This document shows positions 37,129 to 48,261 of a DNA stretch of 64,000 nt, one piece after another. Positions within the stretch are counted from its first letter, which is position 1; each line of letters begins with the position of its first letter. The translations under genes and the position numbers were made by a program. The notes below the pieces were generated by a model. The model made no database searches, was not told the origin of the DNA, and saw only the letters and a program-made list of their open reading frames with translations. The DNA lies in the sequence record OP599913.1. The stretch is one strand, 5' to 3'.

Positions 37129-38934
37129 TTATGCGGTGTCTCGCACAGGTTCTTCCGTATCGATGTTAATACGAGATTTACGGTTACGAGCGTTCGCTTG
37201 CATTTCCTTAAGCAGTTCCTCTCGACCTGTTTCCACCATTAACCGTTCAAACTCATCCTTCAATTGATCTAATTGAGGGAATCTAAACAAATCGTGGCAT
37301 AATCCAATAGCGTTCGCTTCTGCACTGCTCGCAAAGTTCACCCCAATCTGCCTGAACTTATTGCCGTCAGCTCCTTGAATCCGAAACACTTCCATTTGTG
37401 TGGTACGATTCCCGACGTTCAATGCCAAGGTCGCGTGAGGGTACGCGCCTTCAACATCGATATCGGATGAATCTGTACGCCCGGTACTATACACATCAGC
37501 GAGTCCGTGGAAGAGCGGAGCACCGACATCCGCATTCTTCTCGGTATCGAGTAACGCAATCCAGTTTGACAACGGAGGCAGTTTATCAATAATGGATTGA
37601 TCACGTTTACGAGGGGTACTCCCCCACACAAACCCATACCGGCGTGCAAAGAAACTCAAGGTGTCACTGACCAACTTGGGTTGAGAGACGTAGTTAAAAT
37701 ATTCTGAATACTTCAACAACATAGGAAGTGACAATGACAAGTCATTGGTCTTCTCATTGATCTCTTCAATAACGAAGTCATCCCCAATGTTGTACATGCA
37801 ATACAGATACGGCCATTTCCGTTGCATGTAACGGTGCCACTGGGGTGTGCCCGGTCGGATATGAGCACCTTCTTCGGTATACAGTTTACCCGGTACGTTC
37901 ACATGCTTCGCTGCTCCTTCTAACGAAACATCAGGAAGTTTACCTTCAGACGGTTGACGCTTAATACAGAAGAACGACATCGCGTCTAACCATTGCCAAG
38001 TGGCCATAGTTCGCACGGTAGGCCATTTCTCTTGAGGTTCCAACGGCATTTTAGAACCGTCTTCCTTGACTTTGTGGGTTCTCCCTAAGTCCAGCTTGTA
38101 ATACCGAAATTCATTAGGAATACTGGGATCGCTGTACACATCCTCCAATCGATACCCTTCATTCCTAAGGGCTTCCTCATTCTTGGTCATGTCGTATTCA
38201 GCATTCCAACTGGCAACCCAGTCCGGTTGCCATTCGTGCATCTTGTTAATACACGCCATCACCACTTGACCTGGGGTATCAAAGAGTTCGTATTGAACCA
38301 CACACTGACGCCGTTTAAGGTGTTCACTCAACCACTTGCCTTCAGCGTCTTTAAGGCGTTTAAGAATCGTGGCGTCATCCGGTTCTTTAAACCAACTCCG
38401 TACGGCTGCAAAATACGCCTTACGCTTCATGGTAACCGACGCCATCATAACGGGGTTACCGGGAGCATCCATGTCGGTTTCAACGTCGTACGCCGCTACG
38501 GTAAAAGGTTCCTTCTCCTGATATTCTCCATACTTCTTAAAGAACTGGTGTTTAATGTGCACCGGAGGGGTTTGGTCTAAGCCGAAGACATAAGGGCTTT
38601 CTTTAGCTTCCTCTAGACTGGCTTTATAATCCGCTCGCCCATAGAGCTGTTTAATCACATTAAAAGCAATCTGTGCACGGGGAGCCTTGTACTCCCGACA
38701 CCAGGATTCTTCGATGTAATCTTTATGCTGTTTGTACTTCCGTTTGTTCTCTTTAACAATGTAGTACGGTTGCTTATAATCCTTAATCGAAATAAACGAT
38801 TGACTTCGACCACCATCTTCATGAATATTGGTGATCTTAACACACGTTAAATCACTGCCCCTGTTGAACCTGCTGACCGAGTAATTACTGTGTTTGCAGA
38901 CTTTAGCGACAATGGGTGAAGTATTCTCGACCAT
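37129..38934 (-). CDS. Family B DNA polymerase N-terminal subunit: 3'-5' exonuclease plus motif A (phiKZ gp82-like)
   Basis: ExoI YDVETD, ExoII WNAEYD, ExoIII YNIGD, motif A DIDVEGAYP. Confidence 0.85.
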   Translation of the reverse strand: MVENTSPIVAKVCKHSNYSVSRFNRGSDLTCVKITNIHEDGGRSQSFISIKDYKQPYYIVKENKRKYKQHKDYIEESWCREYKAPRAQIAFNVIKQLYGRADYKASLEEAKESPYVFGLDQTPPVHIKHQFFKKYGEYQEKEPFTVAAYDVETDMDAPGNPVMMASVTMKRKAYFAAVRSWFKEPDDATILKRLKDAEGKWLSEHLKRRQCVVQYELFDTPGQVVMACINKMHEWQPDWVASWNAEYDMTKNEEALRNEGYRLEDVYSDPSIPNEFRYYKLDLGRTHKVKEDGSKMPLEPQEKWPTVRTMATWQWLDAMSFFCIKRQPSEGKLPDVSLEGAAKHVNVPGKLYTEEGAHIRPGTPQWHRYMQRKWPYLYCMYNIGDDFVIEEINEKTNDLSLSLPMLLKYSEYFNYVSQPKLVSDTLSFFARRYGFVWGSTPRKRDQSIIDKLPPLSNWIALLDTEKNADVGAPLFHGLADVYSTGRTDSSDIDVEGAYPHATLALNVGNRTTQMEVFRIQGADGNKFRQIGVNFASSAEANAIGLCHDLFRFPQLDQLKDEFERLMVETGREELLKEMQANARNRKSRINIDTEEPVRDTA

Positions 38935-39018
38935 TCCTTAACCCTGCATTTTATGATTGCTTTGGAGACTATACCAATAGGGGTATAGGTCGGTATTTAC
39001 CGTAGGAGTAACCCGTTA

Positions 39019-40380
39019 ATGTTGGACATGAGTTTTATTACCCGAAAGGTAGCGGGTACGGAGTTCATTGAGTTCCAGAATGCTACCTTTAAAGACGAAT
39101 TAACCGCTTGCTTGGATCAGTACATTACGATTACTGATAAGCGTGTGGTATTATCCCCTGACTGCCAAGTGGACGTACTGGGACTCATTAAGAAACACAC
39201 TGGCTTTAGCAACATAAAGCTGGAGTTGAACGACAGTGGTAACCTGTACATCGACGCGGGGTATTTCTCCCCGAACCATGTTCTGAACAACACGGGTACT
39301 GATGTGTTGATTCCAGCCTCTAAGACTACCCTGTATCGGTGGTTTGTGGAGAACAAGAACAAGATCTTTAAAGGAGGTGTTGATTACCGCTCTGGTAAAG
39401 TGACCGGTTCGTTCCAAGACGTTCCCTTGACTATTGGGATCAACGTCAACCTGCATCAGTTCTTCCCGTTGGATAAGATCACCAAATGGAAAGTCTCCAT
39501 GGGAGGTGCGCTAGCAGGCGGTATCGCTCACGAACTGGGACATGCCTTTGGGGGGTGTGCGCTCCTGCTGACTCACCTGGAAGACAACCTGGTAGCCCGA
39601 GCAGGCTTGGATCAGTATCGTAAAGCCACCAAAGCAGAAGAACGGGTGATTATCCTGAAAGACACCGCTGCTATTCTGGATGTCCCAGAAGCCAAGTTGG
39701 AGGAACTGAAGAGCTTCGCCAACCAAGAAGATGGAGAGAACTACCTCCTCTACTACACCAAACTGCTCTCTCAACGGAACAGTCGTCGGTCACTGTCTGT
39801 TGGGGTTCCTGAGATGACCAGTGAAGTGATTGCGGATATGTACGCCATTCGCATGGGCTTCAGTAAGGAAGTGATCGCTGGGATCAGTGCTTTGGTAGAC
39901 CGCGGTGTCTTTACCATTGCGACAGAGACCTTCCTGTTCGGTGCCGTTGCAACCCTCTTCTTGTTTTGGCCTACAGCCGCTGTCACCATCATTGTTACCG
40001 GGGGAACCTCGGCGCTGGGGGGTATGTTGTGGGGTGTCTTTGCCCTCAGTTCGGCCTTCGCGTATTTCCAAGCCGGGTATTCCGGGGTCTACAATTCCGA
40101 CCACCGGCGTATGGAAGATGCTCTGCGTCAATTGATTGCTAAACTGAAAGCCAGTAAAACCGTTCCCGGTGAGGAACGGGTGCGTTTGATCGACGACATC
40201 ACCAAAGCCCTGGAAGCGGTTAAGAAACTTAAACCCTGGTACGACAACACCGTCCTCTATCGCTTTATTGGTTGGATTTTCTCAGGCAGCGATTTCCGTA
40301 AGCAAGAAATCGAACACTTTACTCAATCCCTTAATAACCATGAACTGGCAGTCTTGTCCAGTCAACTGAAAACGCTCTAA
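39019..40380 (+). CDS. Virion head protein with zinc-metalloprotease motifs and membrane segment (gp84-like position)
   Basis: AHELGH, EVIADMYA, hydrophobic stretch, N-terminal AGTE site. Confidence 0.65.
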   Translation: MLDMSFITRKVAGTEFIEFQNATFKDELTACLDQYITITDKRVVLSPDCQVDVLGLIKKHTGFSNIKLELNDSGNLYIDAGYFSPNHVLNNTGTDVLIPASKTTLYRWFVENKNKIFKGGVDYRSGKVTGSFQDVPLTIGINVNLHQFFPLDKITKWKVSMGGALAGGIAHELGHAFGGCALLLTHLEDNLVARAGLDQYRKATKAEERVIILKDTAAILDVPEAKLEELKSFANQEDGENYLLYYTKLLSQRNSRRSLSVGVPEMTSEVIADMYAIRMGFSKEVIAGISALVDRGVFTIATETFLFGAVATLFLFWPTAAVTIIVTGGTSALGGMLWGVFALSSAFAYFQAGYSGVYNSDHRRMEDALRQLIAKLKASKTVPGEERVRLIDDITKALEAVKKLKPWYDNTVLYRFIGWIFSGSDFRKQEIEHFTQSLNNHELAVLSSQLKTL

Positions 40381-40390
40381 GGAGTTTATA

Positions 40391-40837
40391 ATGTCTCACC
40401 TCGCCCATGTAAACGATTACCGGGGTTACCTGACCAGTCAAGGGGTTACCTGCCCGTATGCGTTGAACACAGCCTGCCAGGAAGCCTACATCCGCGCCAT
40501 TCTCAAACGCCATGCTCGTTCCCAGGACAGTTTCACCCTGGCAGAAGACGAAGAGAATAGCATCTGGGTGCAGCTCGATAAGTGGAATTCAGTGTATCCG
40601 ATCAATGCTTCCTTCATTGTGGAATCGGTTAAACTCCGTTTGACCCGTATTCGCGGCTGTCTGATGAAAGAAGGTAAAACGCCCGGTAATGCGGAATTCG
40701 ATGTGTATCTGGATGTGAAACGCACCTGTCCCGAGTCGGGTGACACCACGGTGGATAAACTCGATGCCACGGACAATGATCTGTTCTGTGAGCTGGTTCA
40801 TTTCCTCTACAATGAATTGGTGAAAGGCAATGAGTAA
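40391..40837 (+). CDS. Virion structural protein (gp85-like position)
   Basis: AAGGAG RBS, synteny. Confidence 0.55.
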   Translation: MSHLAHVNDYRGYLTSQGVTCPYALNTACQEAYIRAILKRHARSQDSFTLAEDEENSIWVQLDKWNSVYPINASFIVESVKLRLTRIRGCLMKEGKTPGNAEFDVYLDVKRTCPESGDTTVDKLDATDNDLFCELVHFLYNELVKGNE

Positions 40838-42347
40838 TCCAGTGAGTTCGTATTTCCAATTGAGTGATCCGGTTGACGGCGTGCTCCCAGGTGATGATAA
40901 ACAACTCATTGACCTGGATGAGTACTACGAAGAAACCGGTCAACCCGTGGTGGATGCGATGGTCCAAGGGAGTGAGAGCCTCGCGCTCAATCGCTTCTCT
41001 CGGGACATTGCTATCCAACTCAAACTGAAGAATGCGTACGAAATGGATCCTTTCCCAACGGAACGTAATGCCGTGATGGGAGCGGAAGGGTTTATCTCTA
41101 CCATTACGGAAGGGTTCAAGAAGTTCATTGAAGGGATCATCAAGTACATCAAGATGGCCTTTAAATGGGTTATGGAACACATTAAAGGTCTCCTGGGCTT
41201 CCGTAAGAGCGCGCGTATTAACCAGGCGATTAACGACTCCTTTGAGAACCTCCGGGAGGAGTTCCGTCAGACCTTGAACGGTCTGGGCTTCCCAAGTGCG
41301 AATTACAACCTGGAGAAGTTCATTGGGGAGTTCCCTAATGCCACCGACCGCATTGGTCAACTGACGATCCTCCGTACAAAGTTCGAAACCGATGAAGAGA
41401 GTATCGAGGCCCTTCGTAAAGTCTTCCCACTCTTCGAACAAATCATTGGTAAACTAACGGAGGCTTCTGACAAGGCAATACGTGCGTCTGAAAACCTTAA
41501 AAGGACCATCCGTAACGAATACAACGCTACCCGGGGTCGAGCTCACCTCCGAGAGTACGTAGACGGTGCGAACTCCCCTGAGGTTAACCGAGTCCAGAAA
41601 GCGGTGTTGGAAACCCTGACCTTCGTTAAACCGGATGGTTTAGTAGAACAGATCGGTCAGCTCCTGGAAACCCTTTACAAGGTGAAGTTCAATAACGAAG
41701 CGTTGAATGAAGGGTTCCATACCGTCCGAGAGACCCTTAAAGAGAACATTCAGGCTCAACGGGTGAAGTTGACCCGGGTGAACACTCCGGTGATCATGGA
41801 CCTCGTTCAGCAGCTCAACGCAGCGTATATGACGATCTCGGATAAGGCGATCGACATGTCTCGGATTCGTCTGAGTGAGTTGGGTAATCTGGTTGATGTA
41901 ACCGATGCCGAGAAGGTCAAGAGCATTGCGGGATACTACCAAGTCCCTGGACTCCTCAGTGATTACCAGGGCGTGGCGGTTGCCATGCGTAACTTCAGCC
42001 AATATTGCCAATCTGTAACCAGTCAGCTGTTGGCGGTTGAAAACCAAGTAGCAGCGTTGGTGGGTTGGTATCACCGTTCTCACATGTGGTATTACCATGG
42101 TCTGCTGGATGACATTGAAAAGCTTCGTGAAATCAATATCCAAGCTCGCGAGGCGGGGCACTCTCCTGTGGCGAATGCGGAGGGTTATCCGACATTGGCG
42201 TTGGATTTTATTCCGGAAGCGGATGCAAAGACCTTCCTGGAGAAGATGAGTGGGACGATGAAAATCGTGATTGAAAACGACATTGGTGAGCTTCGTTCCA
42301 AGTACAATGCCTTGGCACGACAAACTGGATGGGGGAGACCCGTATGA
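40830..42347 (+). CDS. Head protein with G-x-E processing site (gp86-like position)
   Basis: QGSES, MGAE|GF then amphipathic helix. Confidence 0.65.
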   Translation: MSNPVSSYFQLSDPVDGVLPGDDKQLIDLDEYYEETGQPVVDAMVQGSESLALNRFSRDIAIQLKLKNAYEMDPFPTERNAVMGAEGFISTITEGFKKFIEGIIKYIKMAFKWVMEHIKGLLGFRKSARINQAINDSFENLREEFRQTLNGLGFPSANYNLEKFIGEFPNATDRIGQLTILRTKFETDEESIEALRKVFPLFEQIIGKLTEASDKAIRASENLKRTIRNEYNATRGRAHLREYVDGANSPEVNRVQKAVLETLTFVKPDGLVEQIGQLLETLYKVKFNNEALNEGFHTVRETLKENIQAQRVKLTRVNTPVIMDLVQQLNAAYMTISDKAIDMSRIRLSELGNLVDVTDAEKVKSIAGYYQVPGLLSDYQGVAVAMRNFSQYCQSVTSQLLAVENQVAALVGWYHRSHMWYYHGLLDDIEKLREINIQAREAGHSPVANAEGYPTLALDFIPEADAKTFLEKMSGTMKIVIENDIGELRSKYNALARQTGWGRPV

Positions 42348-43075
42348 GTAGGGAAGTGTGTGAACTGGGTATTAAAGCCCTGCACGAACTGGAATTGATC
42401 CGTAAGACCAGTGAGGACGACCTCGCTCTGCTGAAAGAAGGGATAGGACCTGAAGCCGCTTACGCCATCATTGACCGGTACTGGTCGGGTGAACAGGCGG
42501 AAAAAATGAAGGTTCGTGTTACGGCTCAGTTCCCTAAGGACAACGGGGGTATTATCCTCTGCACGTCGTTGGGTGAACAGGCTGGTTATATCCTGGCTCT
42601 GGGGGCTACCAAGGCCTTCTTTGCGGTGGCGTTCCCCAGGATCGGGGGTCGACTGGAACAGGTGTTCTCGTCTATTAACCGAGCGGACCTGAATGATCCC
42701 GTTGCTCTGGAGAAGTACAACGAACTCCGTAAGGAACCGGCCCGGTTCTTTGAATACTTCGCTAACGGGTTTTTCGAAGGGAAAGAGAAGGTTGCGGACG
42801 GTGAGATTACCGGTTGGACTCAACTGCGTGATCACGCCCGTTGTGTGGATGACGGAGATTACCTCTTCCTGGATGACTATGACTTCGAATTGAAGCAGGT
42901 CAAGGAGAACTTCTACCAGTATTACCTCTCACCCTCTTCGATCAAAGAGCAATCTCTGGCCGGTATCGATTACTACACCCAACAAGTTGGTGTTCGGGTG
43001 CGGTTGGCTAAGTTGTTCTCGTGTTTCTTGGACGAGTTGATTGAAGGTAATCTTCCCTCTAAAGACACCGAGTAA
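42344..43075 (+). CDS. Hypothetical protein
   Basis: ATGA coupling, GGAG RBS. Confidence 0.55.
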   Translation: MSREVCELGIKALHELELIRKTSEDDLALLKEGIGPEAAYAIIDRYWSGEQAEKMKVRVTAQFPKDNGGIILCTSLGEQAGYILALGATKAFFAVAFPRIGGRLEQVFSSINRADLNDPVALEKYNELRKEPARFFEYFANGFFEGKEKVADGEITGWTQLRDHARCVDDGDYLFLDDYDFELKQVKENFYQYYLSPSSIKEQSLAGIDYYTQQVGVRVRLAKLFSCFLDELIEGNLPSKDTE

Positions 43076-43083
43076 TGTAAAGG

Positions 43084-43123
43084 TAACTCTACCCACTCCC
43101 CGCTAAGGGAGTGGGTAGAGTTA
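43084..43123. terminator. Bidirectional terminator
   Basis: 17-bp stem TAACTCTACCCACTCCC/GGGAGTGGGTAGAGTTA. Confidence 0.8.
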
Positions 43124-43129
43124 AACGTT

Positions 43130-46060
43130 TTAAATGGTGGTCGTCATTCTGACATCATGGGGTTGGAAGATGATATCAATGGCTTCCTGAATCGATACCA
43201 GTCCATCGCTGGTTAAGGCGAGCCGTTTACGGATGCTGAAACCAGTGAGGTCATCCAAGTTACTGATGACATCCACGGTACTGTCACCTGCAAACGCGCT
43301 CAACTTAACACTCACCACCTCTTCACTCACATTCTCCTTTAAGGCTTCTGCAAGGTCTAAGGTACTGACCGTTGTCTTATCAAACAACGCCATATTGAGC
43401 TGGCGAGGGGTGCTCTCCTCCAAGGCGGCGCGGAGGTTGGGGTTACGGTAGCCATTTTCCGTGAGGTAGTAGGTAACCGAGAACGCCAGATCCTGCCGAA
43501 GGGTGGATTCATAGTTACTGTTGATCACCACCCGCTGATACCCCAGCTTACTCCGAGGTTGGTAGAACAGGTCGGTCTGGTCAATCGCTTCCGAGCTAAA
43601 GGCCAGCATGTCTTGGTTAATACCGTTGACAAAGAAGTCCTTTGTGTATTGAGCAAATTGGATATCGTATTCGTCTTTGCTGAACTGATAGTTCGCATCG
43701 AAGGCAATGAAGTCCCAATAGTACTTCAGCTTACGGGGTTCCAACTCAACCGGAACACCATTCTCGTAAACGATATCAATCCCCCTCCGGTACAACAACC
43801 GCATTGTACCATCCGGGTTATAGACGATGTCACCCGCCTTATGTTCGATCACTGGTTTCCCTTCACTGTCGAACACAATCTGTCCATTCTCCCGTTTCAC
43901 CTGGGTAGACTCATACCGTTCCGGAACATCCGCTTCGTAGTGCTTGTACTGGGCTTCACCCACCAGGGGACGAATCCGACTGTACAGGTTACCCAACCGA
44001 CGACCGAACTCAACTTTGTAATGGGTTTCAATCACCCCCACCATCGGGATATCAAAGATGGTCTCATCAATCTTGTCATCGATTTGAGACTGAGTCACCT
44101 CTTTATCCCCCGCGCGGGTAAAGATAAAGGTAACATCTGTGGTCAGTTCACTGCCGGTCTTACTCTGCTGACTTCCAAATTGCCAGAAGTTAGTAAAGTA
44201 CAAGACGTCCGCCACATCCACATCAAACTGGGTGTTTAAGGTGAACTCCCAGACCCGTTCCTTATTGGGCAACACGCCTACCAGTTTACCCGCTACACTG
44301 GCCAGACTGTTACTGTCCAGCGGGTTAATGGACAGTTGGATCCCTACACTGGTATTCGGCAGTTCCTTATACGAATCCCCCGATTGAGTCACCAAGGTAA
44401 TGAGATACCCGGTTTCTCGGTGTTCAATGGTGATTTGCCCCACTCCCAGTTCCAGACCCAATGCCGCGTTGTCGTCCACAAAGGTTTGATACCGAATCAT
44501 CGGAGAGTCCAAATGATAGGTCCTGAGGACGGCTTGCTTGTTCGTGGTATCCAGTACGTAGTAGAAGGGAGTATAGACCAGGGTATTCTCCGCCATCATG
44601 TCCACCTGCTGTTCAGGGGTCATGTTGAAGTAGGCATCCCGAGTCAACTTGTTCACCAGAACACTGGTGGGTTTATTGATGTTGAACAACACATTGTGAG
44701 GAATAGTTACCCGTTCCCCGTTGTCCAATACCACCCCGCTAGCCACCAGGTCTTCGACTGACGCCAAATAGCTTCCCACGTAACACGCCATCGGCGCGTA
44801 GAAGCCTTTGTTATCCTGAATAGGCAATTCCTTCGTTAATGCAAAGGAACGCTTCGTCATGTAGTCAATGACCTTAACCGAACTGTACCCGCGGTTCTCT
44901 GCCGCTCCTTTCAGGTTGTTTTCAGTGATCGGGAGGGTGCGTTGTTGACGACCATCAATTACCCGTTGTTTAATTTCCGTAAAGGGAATAGGATCTGTAC
45001 CACCCGAGACAATCGCATCCATCTTCCAGGCAATACCTCCCGCATTCACCAGAGGGACTGAATAGGGATCCAACTTATCAGACCCATACCGATAGTCCCG
45101 ATAGGCGGGTTTAATGTCCATCGGGGACACCGTGGTAAGGTCTTTGGTTAAGGCCCCTTTGGTGGTATACGTGTAGATGTTGATAATACCCCGACCAATG
45201 TCATTCCCTGACGTGATGTACACATCTGGGATCTCATACGAGAACCGTTTATTCACGGTATCGATACTGAGGGCTAGGGTTACATTCAACGGATCAAAGA
45301 CATCTTGGTCGTAGGACACCCGGATCTCTTTCAGTTCCCCATTCCGTTGCAACATCGCACGAACCCCATACAGGTTGTCCGTGTACTCAATAATCCCCCG
45401 ACAGCCAGAGGCTTCGTTAGACGTGAGGTTCTCTGTGGCCTTACAGCTCAATTGAGCCACGGGAATCGATACCATCACATACCGACGGTTATCAACTTGT
45501 TTGAAGGTACGGTCCAAGAGGTTCGTGGAAATAGGAATAAAGGGGTTAGGCGAACTGTCGTCGTAAACGATCTTCCACCCATTCCGTTCGTTGTACTGGA
45601 TCCGTATCCCATTGACGACCCAGAAGTCATATCCGTTGACATTCAAGATGGTATCCTTGGGTACGAGGATCTCTTTATAGACCACGGTGTTCTTACCGAC
45701 GGTTTGCCGACGATCCACAGCAATCTTCAAGAAGTTCTCAATATCCATGGTGAGAATCATCACTGAAGTCGAGGGATTCGCAAACAACCCAAACCGCTCT
45801 TCATCCGACATGTTCATGCTCAGCTCACTGACATTCCGAGCGTGCAGCAGGAACTTACGGCTGTTGACATCCAACAGGCGGTTAATGAAGCCGTGCGAGG
45901 TACCTAGGATCAAATCCATGGCCAGGACAAAGGGGTGACTCTTACTGTTGAGTTTAACGGTCCCATTGAACCAGTTATTCTCGATCTCATTCACAACGAG
46001 GTTAATACCCCGAATGGGGTTGTTTGCAATACGTTCCAATTCATCTTGACTAATAGCCAT
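43130..46060 (-). CDS. Baseplate wedge protein, T4 gp6/baseplate J-like (gp87-like position)
   Basis: 976 aa; TTKG...SGGTDPIPFTEIKQR...PITENNL resembles the gp6 family pattern. Confidence 0.6.
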   Translation of the reverse strand: MAISQDELERIANNPIRGINLVVNEIENNWFNGTVKLNSKSHPFVLAMDLILGTSHGFINRLLDVNSRKFLLHARNVSELSMNMSDEERFGLFANPSTSVMILTMDIENFLKIAVDRRQTVGKNTVVYKEILVPKDTILNVNGYDFWVVNGIRIQYNERNGWKIVYDDSSPNPFIPISTNLLDRTFKQVDNRRYVMVSIPVAQLSCKATENLTSNEASGCRGIIEYTDNLYGVRAMLQRNGELKEIRVSYDQDVFDPLNVTLALSIDTVNKRFSYEIPDVYITSGNDIGRGIINIYTYTTKGALTKDLTTVSPMDIKPAYRDYRYGSDKLDPYSVPLVNAGGIAWKMDAIVSGGTDPIPFTEIKQRVIDGRQQRTLPITENNLKGAAENRGYSSVKVIDYMTKRSFALTKELPIQDNKGFYAPMACYVGSYLASVEDLVASGVVLDNGERVTIPHNVLFNINKPTSVLVNKLTRDAYFNMTPEQQVDMMAENTLVYTPFYYVLDTTNKQAVLRTYHLDSPMIRYQTFVDDNAALGLELGVGQITIEHRETGYLITLVTQSGDSYKELPNTSVGIQLSINPLDSNSLASVAGKLVGVLPNKERVWEFTLNTQFDVDVADVLYFTNFWQFGSQQSKTGSELTTDVTFIFTRAGDKEVTQSQIDDKIDETIFDIPMVGVIETHYKVEFGRRLGNLYSRIRPLVGEAQYKHYEADVPERYESTQVKRENGQIVFDSEGKPVIEHKAGDIVYNPDGTMRLLYRRGIDIVYENGVPVELEPRKLKYYWDFIAFDANYQFSKDEYDIQFAQYTKDFFVNGINQDMLAFSSEAIDQTDLFYQPRSKLGYQRVVINSNYESTLRQDLAFSVTYYLTENGYRNPNLRAALEESTPRQLNMALFDKTTVSTLDLAEALKENVSEEVVSVKLSAFAGDSTVDVISNLDDLTGFSIRKRLALTSDGLVSIQEAIDIIFQPHDVRMTTTI

Positions 46061-47133
46061 TAGCGTTTACCCCACAATTCCAGTTCCATGGTCGCCAGGT
46101 TAATCCAGGGATACGAGCCGTAACCCGACAAGTACCGTTCCCTGAACGGAAGTTTGTAGTAATACTGATTCCTGACCCGAGGGTGCAGGTTAGGGTTGAC
46201 CCTCAACGTAGTACGGTTAAAGGCATCCGCAATTTGGATATTGTTAAACCGGAATCCCTGACAATCAAAGGAGATATCCAGTTCATCAACCCCTTGACCC
46301 CTCAGACTGTTCTGAGTACGGTCAATGGTACTGTACGCCCCCGACGGGAAGGTCGTAGGCCACCCACCCCCACAGCAGAAGATCCATTCGATATTCCGCA
46401 TGTTCTTGTTCATGATGAGGTGGTAAATACGGGTGGTGTAGTCCTTATAGTTCTGGAACAACGCATTGGGGTACGGTTCCATCCCTTCATCCCCGAGGGT
46501 CACCGCTTCAATGTAGTGAACCCACACTTCGTACATATACGCCAATACGTTGTGTTTAATGCCGTGATAGGTTTGTCTCAGGGTATAGTCGTAGTTGACT
46601 TTCAAGACCCCATCGACCCACGCATACACTTCTTTACGGAACCCAGGTTCACTTTTGCCCGACGGTAACGAAAGATCAGGAAACCCTGAACTGACTTTAA
46701 GAAAGTTCGTTGCGGGAGGTATCCAGGGGTTCAAGGGATCCAGGGGAGTAACATCATTCGCATTCGCCGCTCCCCAAACCGGATCCAGTAACCCTTTTAC
46801 GTACGCATTCAAACTGTTCCGTTGAGGACGGTACAAGGAGACCAATTGGGGATGAAGGATTACATTCTCATCCGACAGATTCAGCATGGGACGCGACATA
46901 AACGCTAATCCTATGGTGTCGTCTGGGATGGGCGCTAACTGATTGCCAGGCCCTAGAATACGAAATCCACGTAACAGGTTTGTCAAGGCGTTATCAAAAC
47001 CAGGACCGCCATTCTCACGGAACGCGTAATTCCACCATTCCAGGATGGTTTCTTTCGTGACTTCTCTGCCAGGTGGCGTATTCCCAGGTGTTCTGTCCAA
47101 CCAAGCGTCGTAATTATTCGGGTCTTCGGCCAT
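46060..47133 (-). CDS. Tail tube-like/tube initiator protein (gp88-like position)
   Basis: 357 aa; FPDL...WPTTFP...DELDISF pattern. Confidence 0.5.
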   Translation of the reverse strand: MAEDPNNYDAWLDRTPGNTPPGREVTKETILEWWNYAFRENGGPGFDNALTNLLRGFRILGPGNQLAPIPDDTIGLAFMSRPMLNLSDENVILHPQLVSLYRPQRNSLNAYVKGLLDPVWGAANANDVTPLDPLNPWIPPATNFLKVSSGFPDLSLPSGKSEPGFRKEVYAWVDGVLKVNYDYTLRQTYHGIKHNVLAYMYEVWVHYIEAVTLGDEGMEPYPNALFQNYKDYTTRIYHLIMNKNMRNIEWIFCCGGGWPTTFPSGAYSTIDRTQNSLRGQGVDELDISFDCQGFRFNNIQIADAFNRTTLRVNPNLHPRVRNQYYYKLPFRERYLSGYGSYPWINLATMELELWGKR

Positions 47134-47166
47134 TGTTTATTACCTTAAAGTGATCAGGGGTTTATC

Positions 47167-48261
47167 ATGATAGGACAAGTATTGTCTCTAGGGTCCTTCT
47201 TCTTGGACATCGCCAAGCAGCTGTATCCTGAGAGCAAGGATATCGCCTCGGCGGCCCAAGTAACGGACCGGGCCAAACATTCATACAATGTGATTTCCAC
47301 GAGCTCGGTACAACGTAGTGCAGCTCGCACTATTTTGAATCCGATGGTCGCCATTGAGGGGACTCTCATCCACCAGGAATACACCCCGGATCTCATGACG
47401 GTGGTGACCCTACGGGATATTACCGCAACATTGACTCACCTCGCGTTGCAGAATTCCGTAGAAGTGGGGGTTAAGGTAGAGAACCTCATCGGGAGCATCA
47501 GTCCCAACCGCGGTGGGATGATGAGTCTCTTCTCGGGACTTGAAGCGATGGATAACAACATCAAACCCAAAGACCCGGCTACCCCGAACCAAGTTCAAGT
47601 CAATAGCAAGACCTACAGTGAACTGATGGAGTTCACCCCCCTGGCGGTGGGTAAAGTGGTGAACGCCACGCTCTACGGAGCGAATGGTAACAAGATCGAA
47701 GTTCCCCTCACTATCCGTCAGATCCCGATTCCGGTGACCCATGAGAACCTGGTGACCCTCTTCTCTGCCGCTAAACCCGATGAAGGGTTGAAGATGCGAT
47801 GGATCATGAAGAAGAGTGGCGAGATCACCACGCCTCAGTGGTTTGATGGTAGCGACATCGTTAAAGCCCGTTTTAAAGCGAAGATGGGTGATACCTCTGG
47901 GTATTACAAGGAAGCCATGAAGCGGGATACCCAGAATAAGCTGGAAGCGATTCGCACGGGTATCATTAGCATGAACTCCATGGCGAACACGGTCATCATC
48001 ACTCAAGATACGGCGACTCAGCTCGAACTGGAAATCGGTCGTAAGTTTGCGGACCCGGTTAGCCGTGAAAAAATCTTCGAGAGTATTTCGGCGAATACCC
48101 TCGTTATCGTGAATGATGACCGGGGTATTTTCACGTTCTACACCGATGGTCAAACCATGCCGGAAGTTTACACACGTCGAGACTTGTCCGTTAAGTCCAA
48201 GAAAGAAGGCTCTGCGAACACGCTACAAGATCTCGTTAAATTGCTCAACGGGGGTCTCTAA
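47167..48261 (+). CDS. Inner head protein (gp89-like position)
   Basis: SGLEA site; start of head protein cluster. Confidence 0.6.
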   Translation: MIGQVLSLGSFFLDIAKQLYPESKDIASAAQVTDRAKHSYNVISTSSVQRSAARTILNPMVAIEGTLIHQEYTPDLMTVVTLRDITATLTHLALQNSVEVGVKVENLIGSISPNRGGMMSLFSGLEAMDNNIKPKDPATPNQVQVNSKTYSELMEFTPLAVGKVVNATLYGANGNKIEVPLTIRQIPIPVTHENLVTLFSAAKPDEGLKMRWIMKKSGEITTPQWFDGSDIVKARFKAKMGDTSGYYKEAMKRDTQNKLEAIRTGIISMNSMANTVIITQDTATQLELEIGRKFADPVSREKIFESISANTLVIVNDDRGIFTFYTDGQTMPEVYTRRDLSVKSKKEGSANTLQDLVKLLNGGL

